Source of the DNA: Octopus vulgaris
Lineage: Eukaryota
Reading direction: 5' to 3'
Assembly (NCBI GenBank): GCA_951406725.2
Contig: OX597819.1
Coordinates: 96,782,001 to 96,846,000, forward strand
Length of the DNA: 64,000 nt
Part shown: positions 1 to 14,367 of the stretch, one piece after another
How positions within the stretch are numbered: the stretch's first letter is position 1
Layout of the letters: the number at the start of each line of letters is the position of its first letter
Program-made: the position numbers and the translations under genes
The notes under the pieces: model-generated
The model's input: the letters and a program-made list of their open reading frames with translations, nothing else
Database searches by the model: none
What the model was told of the DNA's origin: nothing

Positions 1-122
1 TACATACGCTAACAGTTCGACCATTGATTCTGCATAACTTGTAGAACTATGCAGCTTCAGTTCACACCTGAATATATATATATTTACATGTATGTGCGGA
101 TAAAATGATATGCTAATATATA

Positions 123-123
<1 letters not shown>

Positions 124-188
<65 letters not shown>
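124..188. repeat. (GT)n microsatellite
   Basis: Direct reading. Confidence 0.98.
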
Positions 189-190
<2 letters not shown>

Positions 191-2964
191 AATAGGATTT
201 TATACGAAAAAAAATAAGAGTGCTGGATACATAATAAAATACATTAAATGATATATATAGCCCATTAATGATGATACAACATAACCCATAGTTTCATATT
301 CAGTGATACTTAATGACCATCGGACGAATAAAAATTCGGTTTCTTACTTAAACATCATCTACAGACACAAATTACTTCTTTCACAGAGTTTTCGGTAATG
401 CATTCCAGATTTGAAAATATGGTAAGGAATATTTTCTCATTTGCATATATTTTAAAGATTTAACTATTTAAGTTTTGTTAATTAAAAGTAATGGTTTCGA
501 GTGACTAATTATGAAGACTGTCAATTAAATTACTATTTATTAATAGTATTTATTAATTTATTAATATTGTTACGGACCACCTGCCGTCGCTCGGTCGATC
601 GGCGAAAGCTCGCCACGGAAACTCGGAGAGGAGAGAGAGACAACAACAACTACAACAGCAGCCGCAAGAAGAGACACAGAGGCAATCGAGAGAGACACAA
701 AGAAGGCAATTAACTCACATTTAACATACTAGTTTATATGACTATTACAATTGTTACAACATCAATTACATATCAAGATACATCAGGTAAATACAAGCAA
801 GTAACAGAATCAACACATCGAAGCATTTAAACTGTCCGGAGACAACAGTTCTGTTTCAAAACACATTAAAGGCATATACAATGTTCGTAGACAAATAAGT
901 TCACGTTACAAATCAATGTTCAATTCACAACAGTTCACATTGTTCATTAAATTCGTTTCAACAACTCTGTACACAATGTCTTTACACATTTCAATACATC
1001 GATTCTTTTTCCTTCTCTTTTTCTTCTTTCTCTTTTTTTCGTAACACGTATCAATACAATTCTTTTTACATAAATACCACAACTCTTTCCTTCTTTTTCT
1101 TCACATATCAAAACATAATTAAACACAAACAAAACTTTACCGAACGTTCCTACGATAATAGCCAATGTCTCATACTGTACCCCATCTCTCCCAGCACCGC
1201 TAAATCCAACTTGCTAACCGCTTGCCTTGAATTCCAAATCCTCACTCCTAAATCCAACCGCTCGCCTTGACTACCAAATACCGACTGCCAAAACCTCTTG
1301 CTCTGTCACTACCCCCAATCTCTCTTAGCTCTGTCGCAATCACTCTCTCTCTTAGCTCTGCAATACTCTCTGCCTGTCTTTCTCAACCCTTCATCCTCTC
1401 ACTCTACTGTATCTCTCATGACAAGCCCCCAGATGAACCCTAATTCACCCGAAGGGGTCGGGGAGTTTCCCCAGAGCTAATTAATCAACCCGCATCTGGC
1501 AGAACAATGGATTCATTGCCAAATGTAGGTCACCGTCAACTGTCCTTAAGCTGAACCCACAACAATATAATAGAATGTGAAAAGTTAATAAGTTTAAAAT
1601 ATGGAGGTCTTTATGATTTGTTGCATATATAGGGTTTTGCTTTGCGGCTTTAAGATATGCATCGGCAACTGGAAGTTTCCTCCCCAAAAAGTAAGCCCAG
1701 ATAACGTTTTACGTACGGAAGACCAGCAATTAACTATCCTTGCTCTACTTGCTTTGCTGATATTCTCCAGTGGAAAGGCAATGATCTATACTGCATGTAT
1801 CGTCAAAGGTGTAACAGTCAGAATGGAAAAATGGATTTTGTTTTACCTTTGCAGTAGTGTTGGCAATAACATTTTAATAACTTGCCCACTATATGCTAAC
1901 TGGACTAAATGAGGGTATTTGCGTACTAAAATATAGAAAAAAATGCCGATAGTAGGTTGATGGAGAGACTAGGCAATGGGTCACAGTCGATGTGATGGTG
2001 TTGTTTCTTGAATGATTCTTAACCATTTTTCGATATTAAACACGGTGAATTGTTTTTGTTAAAAAGTGTTCATTGAACCAGGGGTACGAGCTTATAAAAT
2101 GAACAAAAACTCTAAGTTAGTACAGAAGATCCAAGAAATTTAGTCTCATGGGGCAAACCCATTTTACTAAGACAATATTTCGATTTGTTCTGGCTCAATT
2201 GAGGTTTTCTCGCAAAACGAACTGAAATCAATTTCATGAAACAAGCTTACAAGTGGTTGAATACGATCTCTTCTAATAAAATTCCGTGACATTTTGATTA
2301 TAAGACTGATGAAATACAGTAAGGAAGAAAAACGTATATTTTGTAGAATATGACATGAATAGGTGACAAGCATTTTCAAAGAATTTCTATAATGGTCTGT
2401 CACAAGAGCATCAACAATATTCTATACAGGATCCTCTCATTGTCAAATATCATTGAATCACCAATTATGAAGAATACCACAGCCAACAGCTCAACTTTAT
2501 GCCATTTATTCAAAACGAAAAATGGCGTGAAATGTTACCTTTCGTCATCTGCTTGAATTAGGACCCAAATGGCTGATGACGAGGGTGTATTATTGAACTG
2601 CGTTCTGACAGATATTGATTTTTAAATTTTGCTTTAGGCATTGCATGGCAGTACATTATTTATTAAATGACAATCTTCACCATGATGTTGAGAATAGTTA
2701 TCAGGTAATCTGGAAAGATTAACTGTGACATACCTATGTCCTGTGCAAGTGAAGACATGTCTCCTTATCTTTGTTTAATAATACTGAAATTAAGCACAAG
2801 GTCTTGAAAGCTCTTTAGGGCTGAAGAAATATATTAAGCCTAGGAAATTTTTACATAATCGCCCTACCATAGCCGCTACTTCCTCATATTTTTGTAATTT
2901 AAAGGCGACACTAAAAGGATATAACATAGTCTAACATAGTCATTCACTTTCATGTTGCCATTGT

Positions 2965-2997
2965 GTAGTAGTAGAAGTAGTAGTAGTAGTAGTAGTT

Positions 2998-3053
<56 letters not shown>
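2965..3053. repeat. (TAG)n microsatellite
   Basis: Direct reading; source of the poly-S/poly-T ORFs. Confidence 0.97.
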
Positions 3054-3054
<1 letters not shown>

Positions 3055-3217
3055 TGAAGAGGAGGAGGAGGTGGATTTATAGCAGCAGCAACGACAACAG
3101 CATGATTCCATACTCTAAATGGAGTGCCCTGGTCACATCTCTCACACAAATCAGTTATTTTGTAGGCAACAACAATAATTACAGGAACTAGTATGTAATG
3201 AAATAATGGCTTTTGAG

Positions 3218-4310
3218 TTAAGCACAAGGCTAGTAGTTTTAAGTGAAGGGGTTTGTCGTCACCGTCTTTACTTGGATCATTTCGGTTTGAACGGCAGCTT
3301 TTAACATAATTTCTAGGTAACTAAAAAATTTTAAACTTCGTATACTTGGTAGAATGTGTTTATAAAATATCTTTTTCTCTTGGCTTTATTGCGAAAATTC
3401 TATAGTTTGTAAAATATTTGTTGTTTTTTTCTTCTTCAATTTCTGCAATTTCAACCAATCACTGACGTCTATTGAGGTAAAAAAACATTCTGTGCCATAT
3501 GAATGTGTCCCTCGTTTAAGAAACAGATTAGGTTTATTTACATTTGTGAAGGAAAAAGATACCCTTCCCCCACTCCTAACCCTAACCCTAACTCTAACCC
3601 TAACCCTAAAACAGATTGAAATGCAATAGATCGATACTAGGGTCATAATTATGGGTGACAATTTCATATGACACCGCTAGAAAAAACTGCCGTTCAAACC
3701 GAAAAGATCCCTTTACTTTACTGGTACGTTACTTTATCGAAACCGGAAGAACAAAAAGTTCAGGGTGACATTGACAGGATTTGATCTCAGAACGTAAAGA
3801 ACTGGAAGAAACACCGCTTAGTATTTTATCTAGTGCTCTAATAATTCTTCCAGTTTGAGTCCTAGTTTTAGAGAACGTTGGCTTAAAATTTTGCCATAAG
3901 ACAAGTTATTTTGGTGAGATTACACCAAGCCCGGTGCTCAATTTTTTCATCGACACTAAAAGGATGGAAGTTAAAGTTAACTTGAACGGTATTTGAACAC
4001 TGAGCGTAAAGCCCGTAAGAAATAGCGCTAAGCATTGTTTTTTCTGACTCTCTCCTAATTCTACCTGTTTGCGCCTTTGTTTAACGATATAATCTTTTCG
4101 ACTATAGACACAAGGCCTGAAATTTTAGGGAGAGGGCTAGCCGATTATATCGATGCCAGCGCCCAACTAGTATTTATTGATATTTTATCGACCTCGAGAG
4201 GATTGAACGCAATGTAGACCTCGGCAGAATTTGAACTCCGAACGTAAAGACGAACAAAATGCCACTACACACTTTGTCTGGTGTGCTAGCGATTCTGCCC
4301 GGCTCACCGC
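3218..4310 (-). mobile_element. Three degenerate tRNA-derived SINE copies (family A, Meta-domain-like core); the first is split by the MITE
   Basis: Degenerate matches to the + strand motif ggtacttattttatcgaccccgaaaggatgaaaggcaaagtcgacctcggcggaatttgaactcagaacg. Confidence 0.75.
3274..3710. mobile_element. Non-autonomous DNA transposon (MITE), GG termini, 8-bp TSD (Merlin/Mutator/hAT-like)
   Basis: TIRs GGATCATTTCGGTTTGAACGGCAG / CTGCCGTTCAAACCGAAAAGATCC; TSD CTTTACTT at 3266-3273 and 3711-3718; internal (TAACCC)n. Confidence 0.9.
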
Positions 4311-4429
4311 TTTGGTTTGATAACATAATAACCAAAGATATAAAAATCACACGATTGACAATTTCTCAAATGCAGTTTCCATTTCATACAGTAACAATAC
4401 CAAAAAAAAGCATTGTTGTTATAGCTTCT

Positions 4430-5050
4430 ACCTGACCATGCCGGAGCAATCGCGTATATACATTTACTAGTGGGTGCGGCCATGCTGGAGCAATAGAGTT
4501 TACACATTTACTGTGCGTGCGTGGTTATATTGGAGAAATACTGTATACACAATGCGCACGGCTCAGTGGTTTGAGCGTCGGGCTCACATTAATGAGGTAG
4601 TGAGTTCGATTCCCGGACCGGGCTGTGTATTGTGTTCTTGAACGAGACACTTTGTTTCACGTTACACCAGTTCACTCAGAAATTAGCTGTGATGTCACTG
4701 GTACCAAGCTGTATCGGCCTTTGCTTTTCCCTTGGATAACATCGGTAGCATGGAGAAGGGAGGCTGGTATGCATAGGCGACTGCTGGACTTCTATAATCA
4801 ACCTTGCCCGGAATTGTGCCTCGGAGGGTAACTTTCTAGGTGTAATCTCATGGTCATTCATAACCGAAAGGGGTTTTTACTCTTTACCCTTTACTGTGTA
4901 CACGTGGCACTTCGTGGCCACGCTGGGACAATAGTGTATACACATCTACTGGGGGCGTGTGGCCGCGCTGACGTAAAAGTGTATTCACACATTTACTGGT
5001 GGCTATGGCCATGCTGGGGCATTGCCACACGCACGTTTATTGGTTTTATC
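4430..5050. repeat. Degenerate ~43-bp minisatellite interrupted by a SINE
   Basis: Recurring tacacatttactgg...tggccatgctgg(g/a)gca units. Confidence 0.6.
4554..4890 (+). mobile_element. tRNA-derived SINE (family C)
   Basis: A box GGCTCAGTGG, B box GTTCGATTCC, then cttgaacgagacact...ccagttcactcag; matches the copy at 7337. Confidence 0.85.
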
Positions 5051-5429
5051 CGGGTGGATGTGTAACCAATGTTGAGCAAGTAATTGGTGTCATTCACAGA
5101 GCTTCTTAAAGGAATAATGTTATTGTGACAACACAGTAAAAGTTACATTATATATCAACAATAATATTAATTTTGAAATATTCATAAAAAAAAATCAGAA
5201 GTTATTTTGATAAGAGAAATTAGTTTCTGCCATGTAATAATTTTTTTTCTCCTATCTCAGAAATGTTATTTTGTTTTGTTTTAAGTTATTCATATTTCGT
5301 TTTGAAGCCAGCAAAAAATAAATGCTTTTAACTTTAGTAATTTAAGCAGATAATTCCATTTCTGTAAAATTCTAATAAACCTGCTAATACTTGCTACTTT
5401 GCTAAAAACATTTCAACTTCTCTCCCTCT

Positions 5430-5471
<42 letters not shown>

Positions 5472-5698
5472 ATCTCAACAGCAACAACAACAACAAAGGC
5501 AAAGATAACAGCAACACAGCAACGACGATGATAATAAAACAATCACACCAACAAAAACAGCAACATCAACAACAAACTACTATAAACAAACATCCGCAAT
5601 CATTGATTTTATTTTATGTTTGCAAGGCAGCCGGAGGTTGAGATGTTCATGCCGTACCAGTAGCCAGTAGTGATGTAAAAGAAATTTTGAAGAACCCG

Positions 5699-5745
<47 letters not shown>

Positions 5746-5849
5746 CATACATACATACATATATACATACATACATACATGTACGCATATATATATAATG
5801 ATATTTATACATATATGTATGTATATTCATAGCTGTCTATCTGTTTATT

Positions 5850-5893
<44 letters not shown>

Positions 5894-5901
5894 ATTATAT
5901 A

Positions 5902-7250
5902 TAGGGATGCAATGTGGCAGGTGTTGCGGTTGTATGGAGTAAATGGTAGATCGTTGAGAGTTGTTTAGAGTTTGTGCGTTAGAATGGGTGGTGAAGTGAG
6001 TGGCTTGATGTGAAGATGGGGTTAAGACAGGGTTATGTCATGTCTCCATGGCTGTTTAATTTATATATGGATGGTGTGGTGAGAGAGGTAAATGCTAGAA
6101 CCCTTGGTAGAGGAACCCAAATGATGGGAGAAAATGGAGAGAAATGGCAGGTGAGTCAGTTGTTGTTTGCTGATGATACAGCACTGGTGACGGATTCAGA
6201 AGAGGAACTAAGGAGACTGGTGGTAGAGTTTGGAAGAGTGTATGAGAGGAGGAAAGTGAAAGTGAACGTAGCTAAGAGTAAGGTGGTGAGATGGACTGGC
6301 TGGTAGGATGGATGTGAGTATAAATGGTGAGATGTTAGAGCATGTGAGTGTTTTTAAGTATCTGGGGTCACATGTGATGGCGGATAGGGGGTGGCTGAGG
6401 AGGTGGGATGTAGAATGAGGGAGGGGAGTAAGATATTTAGAGTTGTGAAAGGTATGCTGAGAGATAAAGGGTTGAGTATGAAAGCAAAAAGAGTTGTGTA
6501 TGAGGGCGTGATTGTGCCAACAATGTTATATGGTGCAGAGACGTGGGGGCTGAGAGAGGCGGAAAGGAGGTGACTTGATGTGTTTGAGATGGGATGCCTG
6601 AGGGCTGTGGTTGGTGTGACACGAATGGACAGGATGAGGAATGAGGAGGTGCAAAGGTGAGCAGGAATGAGAGAAAAACTAACAACCAAAACGGATAGAC
6701 GAATGTTAAGGTGGTGTGGAAACATGGAGAGGATGGATGAGGAGAAGATGGTAAGCAGCAGAACCAGAGGCAGACCTCAGTTTGTGTGGATGGATGGAGT
6801 GAGGAAAGCTTTGGTGGTTAGAGGTGTTGGAGTGAGAGAGGCAAGAGAGTTTATAAATGATAGGAAAGCTTGGAGAGTGTTTGTGGACGGGTAAGTAAAT
6901 TTTGATGTTGCTCAAAGGAGTACGGAACCAGCATGATGCGGCGGGGGTAAACCAGCATGATGCGGCGGGGGTAAACCAGCATGTGCTGTCGCTACTGATA
7001 TTGGGGGTTCCGTTCTATGCCCTGACTCGAGCATAGAACGGGGCTCACCCTTTGAGTTGGGAAATGAATGGGATGTCTGGTGTATGTCTTGTGGCTACCT
7101 CCTCCTAAATTGTTAGGAATAGGTTTGAGTAGGAAAGGATAGGAAAGCCTTCTTTTTTCTGTCGAGGGCTTATATGCCCCTTTATTAGACTATTTTCCTT
7201 AGTCATTGCACGGTGATCGCCATAAGCTTTGAGCTTATATAAAAAATATC
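5902..7250 (+). mobile_element. 5'-truncated RTE-clade LINE (RT C-terminal half + 3' UTR), degenerate
   Basis: GLRQGYVMSPWLFNLYMD, LLFADD, PTMLYGAETW, LRWCG, RGRP motifs across stops and frameshifts. Confidence 0.92.
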
Positions 7251-7336
7251 ATTATTATTATTTACAGGATAGTAAAAATGGCGCCCTATAAAAAACCATT
7301 CGCACCGAAAGTAATATATATATATATATATATGAA

Positions 7337-7668
7337 GGCGCATGGCTCAGTGGTTAGAGCGTCGAGCTTACGATCGTGAGGTTGTGAGCTCGAATCCCGG
7401 ATCGGGCTGTGTGTTGTGTTCTTGAGCAAGACACTTTATTTCACGTTGCTCCAGTTGACTCAGCTGTAGAAATGAGCTGCGACATCACAGGTGCCAAGCT
7501 GTATCGGTCCTTGCTTTTCCCTTGGATAACACTGGTGGCGTGGAGAGGGGAGGCCGGTATGCATGGGCGACTGCTGGTCTTCCATAAACAACCTTGCCCG
7601 GACTTGTACCTGGGAAGGTAACTCTCTAGGTGCAATCCCATGATCTGTGTCGTGACTGAAGGGGGTCT
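7337..7668 (+). mobile_element. tRNA-derived SINE (family C)
   Basis: GGCGCATGGCTCAGTGGTTAGAGC...TCGAATCCCGG head; colinear with 4554-4890. Confidence 0.87.
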
Positions 7669-7823
7669 CAGATATATATATGTATGTGTGTGTGTCTGTC
7701 TGTGTCTGTGTGTGTGTATGTATTTTTACTTTTATACACACATACATGCAAAGGATCATGGAGATGATTTACCTCATTCGAATTCTAAATGAGGTTGTCC
7801 TCTACAAACACTATCACCTACCT

Positions 7824-7877
<54 letters not shown>

Positions 7878-7968
7878 ATACTAATACTATTACTACTACT
7901 ATTACTACTACAACTACTACTACTACTACTAATAATAATAATAATAATAATAATATTACTACTACTAT

Positions 7969-8058
<90 letters not shown>
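7824..8058. repeat. (TAC)n/(TAA)n compound microsatellite
   Basis: Direct reading; the (TAA)n part is the tail of the adjacent minus-strand SINE. Confidence 0.95.
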
Positions 8059-8059
<1 letters not shown>

Positions 8060-8890
8060 CCTTTCTATTGTAGGCACAAGGCCTGAAATTTGGGGGAGGG
8101 GATAGTCGATTATATTGAACCAGTGTTTCACTGGTACTTAACTTATCGACCCTGAAACAATGAAAGGCAAAGTCGACCTCGGCGGAATTCGAAATCAGAA
8201 CATAAGGACGGTCGAAACACCGTGAAGCATTTTAAAGCCAGTCGTGCTAACGATTCTGTCAGCTCGCTGCCTTAATATTAATCCTTCCCACTATAGGCAC
8301 GATGCCTGAAATTCGGGAGAAGTGGGTAAGTCATCGACCCCAGTACTTGACTGGAATTCAATTTTTCGACTCCGAAAGGATGAAAGGCAAAGTCGACCTC
8401 AGCCGAATTTGAACTCAGAACACGAAGACAGACGAAATATCCCTGAGCATTTCGCCCAGTGTGCTAACGATTCTGCCACCTCACCGCTTTTATGGTTTCA
8501 AATTTTGTTACGAGGGCAGCATTTTTGGGGGAGGGGATGATGAGGTGATTACATCAACCTCAGTGTTTCACTGGTACTTATTTTATCGACCCCGAAAGGA
8601 TTGAAGGCAAAGTCGACCTCGGCGGAATTTGAACTCAGAACGTAGCGGCAGACGAAATACCGCTAAGCATTTCGCCCGGCGTGCTAACGATTCTGCCAGC
8701 TCACCGCATTAGTGATGATAATAATAATAATAATAATCTTTTCTACTATAGGCACAAGACCTGAAATTTGTTGTAGGGGGATAGTCGATTACATCGACAC
8801 CAGTAACTGGTACTTCGTTTATCAACCCCGAAAGAATGAAAGCCAAAGTCGACCTCGGCAGAAATTGAACTCAGAACGTAGCGGCAGGCG
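8060..8890 (-). mobile_element. Head-to-tail stack of four family-A SINEs
   Basis: Four successive copies of the ...gaaaggcaaagtcgacctcggcggaatttgaactcagaac... unit. Confidence 0.9.
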
Positions 8891-8902
8891 AAGAACTGCT
8901 AA

Positions 8903-8943
8903 TCATCATCAGCAGCAACAGTAGCAGTAGCAGCAGCAGTAGT

Positions 8944-9006
<63 letters not shown>

Positions 9007-9110
9007 TGTAGTAGTAGTGGTGATGGTGGTGGTGGTGATGGTGGTGGTAGTATTGGTGGTGGTTTGCAGTGGTGGTTTGTAGTGGTGGGGAAGAAGCAGT
9101 AGTGGTGGTA
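8903..9110. repeat. (CAG)/(TAG)/(TGG) triplet repeats
   Basis: Direct reading. Confidence 0.93.
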
Positions 9111-10352
9111 ATAACAATTATAAGATGACTGACAAAGCTTTGAACTGATCGTTGTATTGGTTATGAGCTTATAAATTATAACCAATGAACGTGCGATAAA
9201 GGATTCTTTCTAATTAGGAAGAAACCACCCAATGAAGTGCCATATTTCTTTGACTAGGAAGTTCTAAACCAACACTAAGACAAAAAATGAGGAATCAGTG
9301 TAAATAGATAATAGTGTGTATTTCACATTCTCTCGGAGTTTATAAATTCTTATAATATCAACGTCAAACAACTGTCGTTGCTAAGAAAGAAGTTTTTAAA
9401 ATGGATAGAAAAAGTCGATAGATTGTTTTGGTCTATTTGTAGAAGCTATGTTTACAGGCAAGGAGGGTTCGAGTTTCGCGGGCAGCTTTTAGATTTTTTC
9501 TAGCCGAAGGTGTTTTTTTTTTTCAACTCAGTATTTACACGCTATATATATATATATATATATATATTATTTAAAGGAATTCCAACTCTATCTGTTTTTT
9601 TGTGTTTTATTTATATTCTTTATAATATTAATGTAGAATATAGAATATACAGTATAAGTAGTATATATAGTAGTAAAATGAAATGAAGTAATGATTGTCT
9701 TATTGAATAGATGAAATATTGAATATCAAATATTAAGGGACTAGTATACTTTCTTGCATTAAAGCAGTCTTCAAGGTCCCCGGTTGTGACAGGAGTGCAT
9801 ATATATATTTTCCGACTTTATCTTATTTGAAAACCATCTTTTATTTTACGTTCTGTCGAAGTTTAGAAATTGTTATAAAAATCAGGAACCAATGCTTTTT
9901 GTTTTCTTTTTTTTTTTTCTGAGACAACGTTAATATCAACGTAGAGCCGTATGATATAGTAAACAATGAAAAGACAGTTGAATCTTGCTACATTTTCTTT
10001 AACCGCCAATCGTTCGTGACGATATCATTTAAGTACGACAATAAAAAAAAACAATCAAACTAACATTGCGTTTCTAATATATAGTTTTCTTGTGATCTCT
10101 CCAAGGATTTCATTTCAGGTTATTTTAATTAATCTTAAAAGCTGTCGTTCGTGTGAAGCAGAGAAAAATCAACATAGGAAAGTCAGCAGGTACAGACATG
10201 GGTGTGTGGCTATGAAACTCGATTTGCCGTCACGTGGCTTCCGATTCTGTCTCACCGCGCGGCACCCCGGGCAACAGTCTTCGACTATGGCCCTGAGCAT
10301 GCCAGTGCATTGTGAAGCAATTACGTTAGCAGAAACTGCGTGCAAGTCCGTC

Positions 10353-10790
<438 letters not shown>

Positions 10791-10829
10791 TCATCAAGTG
10801 CCGAAAATGACATGCGCAGGAAGGTGTTG

Positions 10830-11099
10830 CTATAGCAACCAGCTAGCTTCTTGTAACTCTCTTCTGCTGTTGATATTTGGTTTCCTTTGGTGTATGAGGA
10901 TGGCATCAGAAATTCGAAGATTGCCCCTGCTCCGCTGTGTTGCCCTGATGTGCACTGTGAATTTCCGGGATTCTCATCTCCGCAGATGTTTCTTCACGGT
11001 AGTGTCTGCTTGCAGGTGTTCCTCTATGCGTATATGTAGTTTTCTTGTTGTGCTTCCTATGTAGGATGCGTCACATATGCCACAGATGATCTCGTATAC
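10830..11099 (-). mobile_element. Penelope/Poseidon-type PLE GIY-YIG endonuclease fragment (not in ORF track)
   Basis: VYEIICGICDASYIGSTTRKLHIRIEEHLQ...KKHLRR*...LRISDAILIHQRKPNINSRRE; 90 codons with one internal TGA. Confidence 0.88.
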
Positions 11100-11559
11100 A
11101 ACATATATCAATATATATATATATATATATAGTATATATACGCGCACACATATATAGGCTATGTGTGTATTCCTCCCACATCGCTTAACACATTGCTGTT
11201 GGTTTGCTAACGTTTCTGTAACTTAGCGGATTGCCATAAGTGAATAGTAGAATAAATACCAGACTTTAAAAAGTAAACATTGGGGACGATTTGTTCGGCT
11301 AAAAGAAACCTCCAGGCCTGTGCCTAAGCATGGCCGCAGTCTAATGGCTGAAACAAAAAGTATGGGATAAAAAAAAAACGATAATGCAGAAATAACGAAT
11401 ATGTGGTTTTCTAGGAAACTACTAAAAAGACAATTAAGTGGATGTTTCTTGACAAATATAATTAACAAATGTAAATTTTTTTGCTTCTACGAAATAAAGT
11501 TATTCAAAATATTCCAAGTCGAGAAAAAAAATTACCTCACCTAGTTTAGTCACAACCAT

Positions 11560-12020
<461 letters not shown>

Positions 12021-12389
12021 TCTTTTATTCTTTTATTCTTTTATGTGTTTCAGCCAGGCTGTCGTCATGCTGGAACACCACCATGATTTTCTTCACCCTT
12101 TATTTTTGTACCCTCTCTACAATCCTTCTGTGGTTCCTCTCCTCCGATTGAGGCGATCCCATCAAATTTGTCGATGGTCCATACAGTGCATGAGGGAATT
12201 TGACACTACTGCCCTCAACTGTGCCTCATGTCGAACCATTGGTTCGTCTGGTATCACTACATTTTGTATCACTACATTTTGTTAGGAGGTATATAAAATA
12301 AACGTTACACCTGTCTATTGTCGAGATGGCAGATAAGTGATTGCTAACTAGTAAATTATCATGTTTAACTAGTATTTCTGCTATAAGAA

Positions 12390-12710
12390 ATTAAATATTC
12401 ACAGACAAATTAATTTTCGACAATTTTAAGCTGTCTTTAATGTCACCTCAAGACTTTCACTGAACGTCTGGCTGAAGACGTTTAAAACAACTACTGCGAT
12501 TAATATCTTCCAAGAACTTTAGAAGATTGGCTGAAGTCTATAATTCCAATCAAAGGTCAAATGCTGACGCATATGTTGACGTTGGTTACAATCCTGAATG
12601 ATATTAATCATCTGCCTGTGGAACACTTTCGTCTCTCCTCTCAGTTCATTTTAGATTTCATGGGCCAACTTTACTTTTTAAAACTCCTTATTTACGTCCC
12701 TGTTGCTCTA
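12390..12710 (-). pseudogene. CUB-domain pseudo-exon
   Basis: Candidate acceptor ttattttgttag; GVLKS..WP and IGIIDFSQSSKVLGRY*S...TSS (LGRYCG-like). Confidence 0.55.
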
Positions 12711-13408
12711 ACAAAATAAGCCTCTGATAAAATAAGAACCAGTTAAGTATTGGGGTTGACTAAACTGATAAATCACGCCCTAAAACTTTGTGATTTTGTA
12801 CCTATCTCAGAAATCCTTATTTCCACATCAATAACAGTGAGTATGAGAAACAGTGGCGTAACAAATTACCTTGCGGTATTTAGCTACGTTCCTTTACGTT
12901 CTAGATGCATAGAGGAGTCGACTTTTTTCATATCCTTTTGGGGTCGATAAAGTAAAGTACCAATGAAATATTGGATCATTTTTATCGATCCTGCCCTCCC
13001 TCAAAGTGTTTGGCTTTGAGCCCATGTTAGAATTCAATATATGATTACAATATACATTACAATTTATAATCAGGCAAGTAAAAGACTGATTGAAATGAGA
13101 TAGTTCACAACACGTAAATAACTCTGACTCATAACTCTCTAGCCTTTCTACTGCTACTACTGAGGCCTCTACTCTTCCAAGCTAGCTGGTCTCATACAAC
13201 CTTCACATAAGCACTTCAGTCTTACTCGTTTCTCCTCTCGTCACTTATTATTGTCCAATATCTCAGGTTCTGCAATAACTACTGTGTTCAAGCTTTTCAA
13301 CTGTACAGTCGGCCCTCAGATAATCCCCACCTCTCTTCATATTTTAACGGTAGTCAACTTGCAACTGTCTATGAGGGGATTTGCCGAGTCTATCTCTGTG
13401 GGAACCTA

Positions 13409-13800
13409 TAAAAGCTATGGGTACATCCTCTTCCTTAGAACAAAAACTATGGGTACATTTCCTTCCTCAGGAACAAAAGCTAAGGGCACTATTCCTTTGC
13501 TAGAACAAATGCTATGTCTATACTCCCTTCATCCAAGACAAAACCTACAAGTACAGTCTTTCCTCCAGAACAAAAGGTGTAGTACAACCCTTTCCTCAAA
13601 ACCAAATACGTTGTGTAAACCCCTTCCTCCATATCAAAGGCTTAAGGCACAACCCCTTTCTCCAGAAAATGGTTATGGATATAAACCCTCCCTCTAAAGA
13701 AAAGGCTATATGTACATCTCCTTTCTCCAGAACAAAGGTCATACATACAGCACCTTTTTCTTGAATAAAAGCTATGGGTACATCATCTTTTGCCAGCATA
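13409..13800. repeat. Degenerate ~32-33-bp minisatellite, ~12 units
   Basis: Units resembling aaaagctatgggtacatccctttcctccagaac. Confidence 0.8.
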
Positions 13801-14367
13801 AATCAATAACAAAATTATATGAATTTGGGAAATATGTGAGTTTGGGGTTTGAAATTTTCTTCTTTCCTGTTCACCTTTTGTTTGAGAGTTCAAATTCCAA
13901 CATATGTGTATCGAAGATAAATCACTGTTGAAGATGAAAGATAAAAGGAGCAGACATTGGAAATAACGAATTTTTCGAGAGAAGTCAATGAAATCTTCTG
14001 GAAGAAATATCGACAGACATACTTCACGAAATCATATTTCACTCGAGATTAAAATAAGTTTACGAATTATTAGAAACATTTTCCTTTAAATTTCCTTAAG
14101 TATAATTATTATCAACGATGTCTAATTTTAATAACTTATCTGCAGCGTGTATACAGACCGATGTGAAGAAAATTGTACAGACGACAACTACTGCAGTTGT
14201 TGTTAAGATCGTACAGCCCCGAGTAAGTGGCTACACAATAACCAATTAAGTCCTATAAACCTATTTCCCAGAGATCACACACATACACATACACATATAT
14301 ATCCATACATATATATATGTATATATATATATATATATATGTATGGATATTTATATATATATATATA

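Noticed and set aside
568-1506. Solo LTR (TGTTA...GAACA)
   Set aside because: No TSD and weak terminal repeats; element-like but unsupported
3575-3608. True telomere or fusion site
   Set aside because: Only ~5 units, inside a TIR element
13251-13697. 148-aa ORF as a gene
   Set aside because: Runs through a degenerate minisatellite whose period is not consistently a multiple of 3
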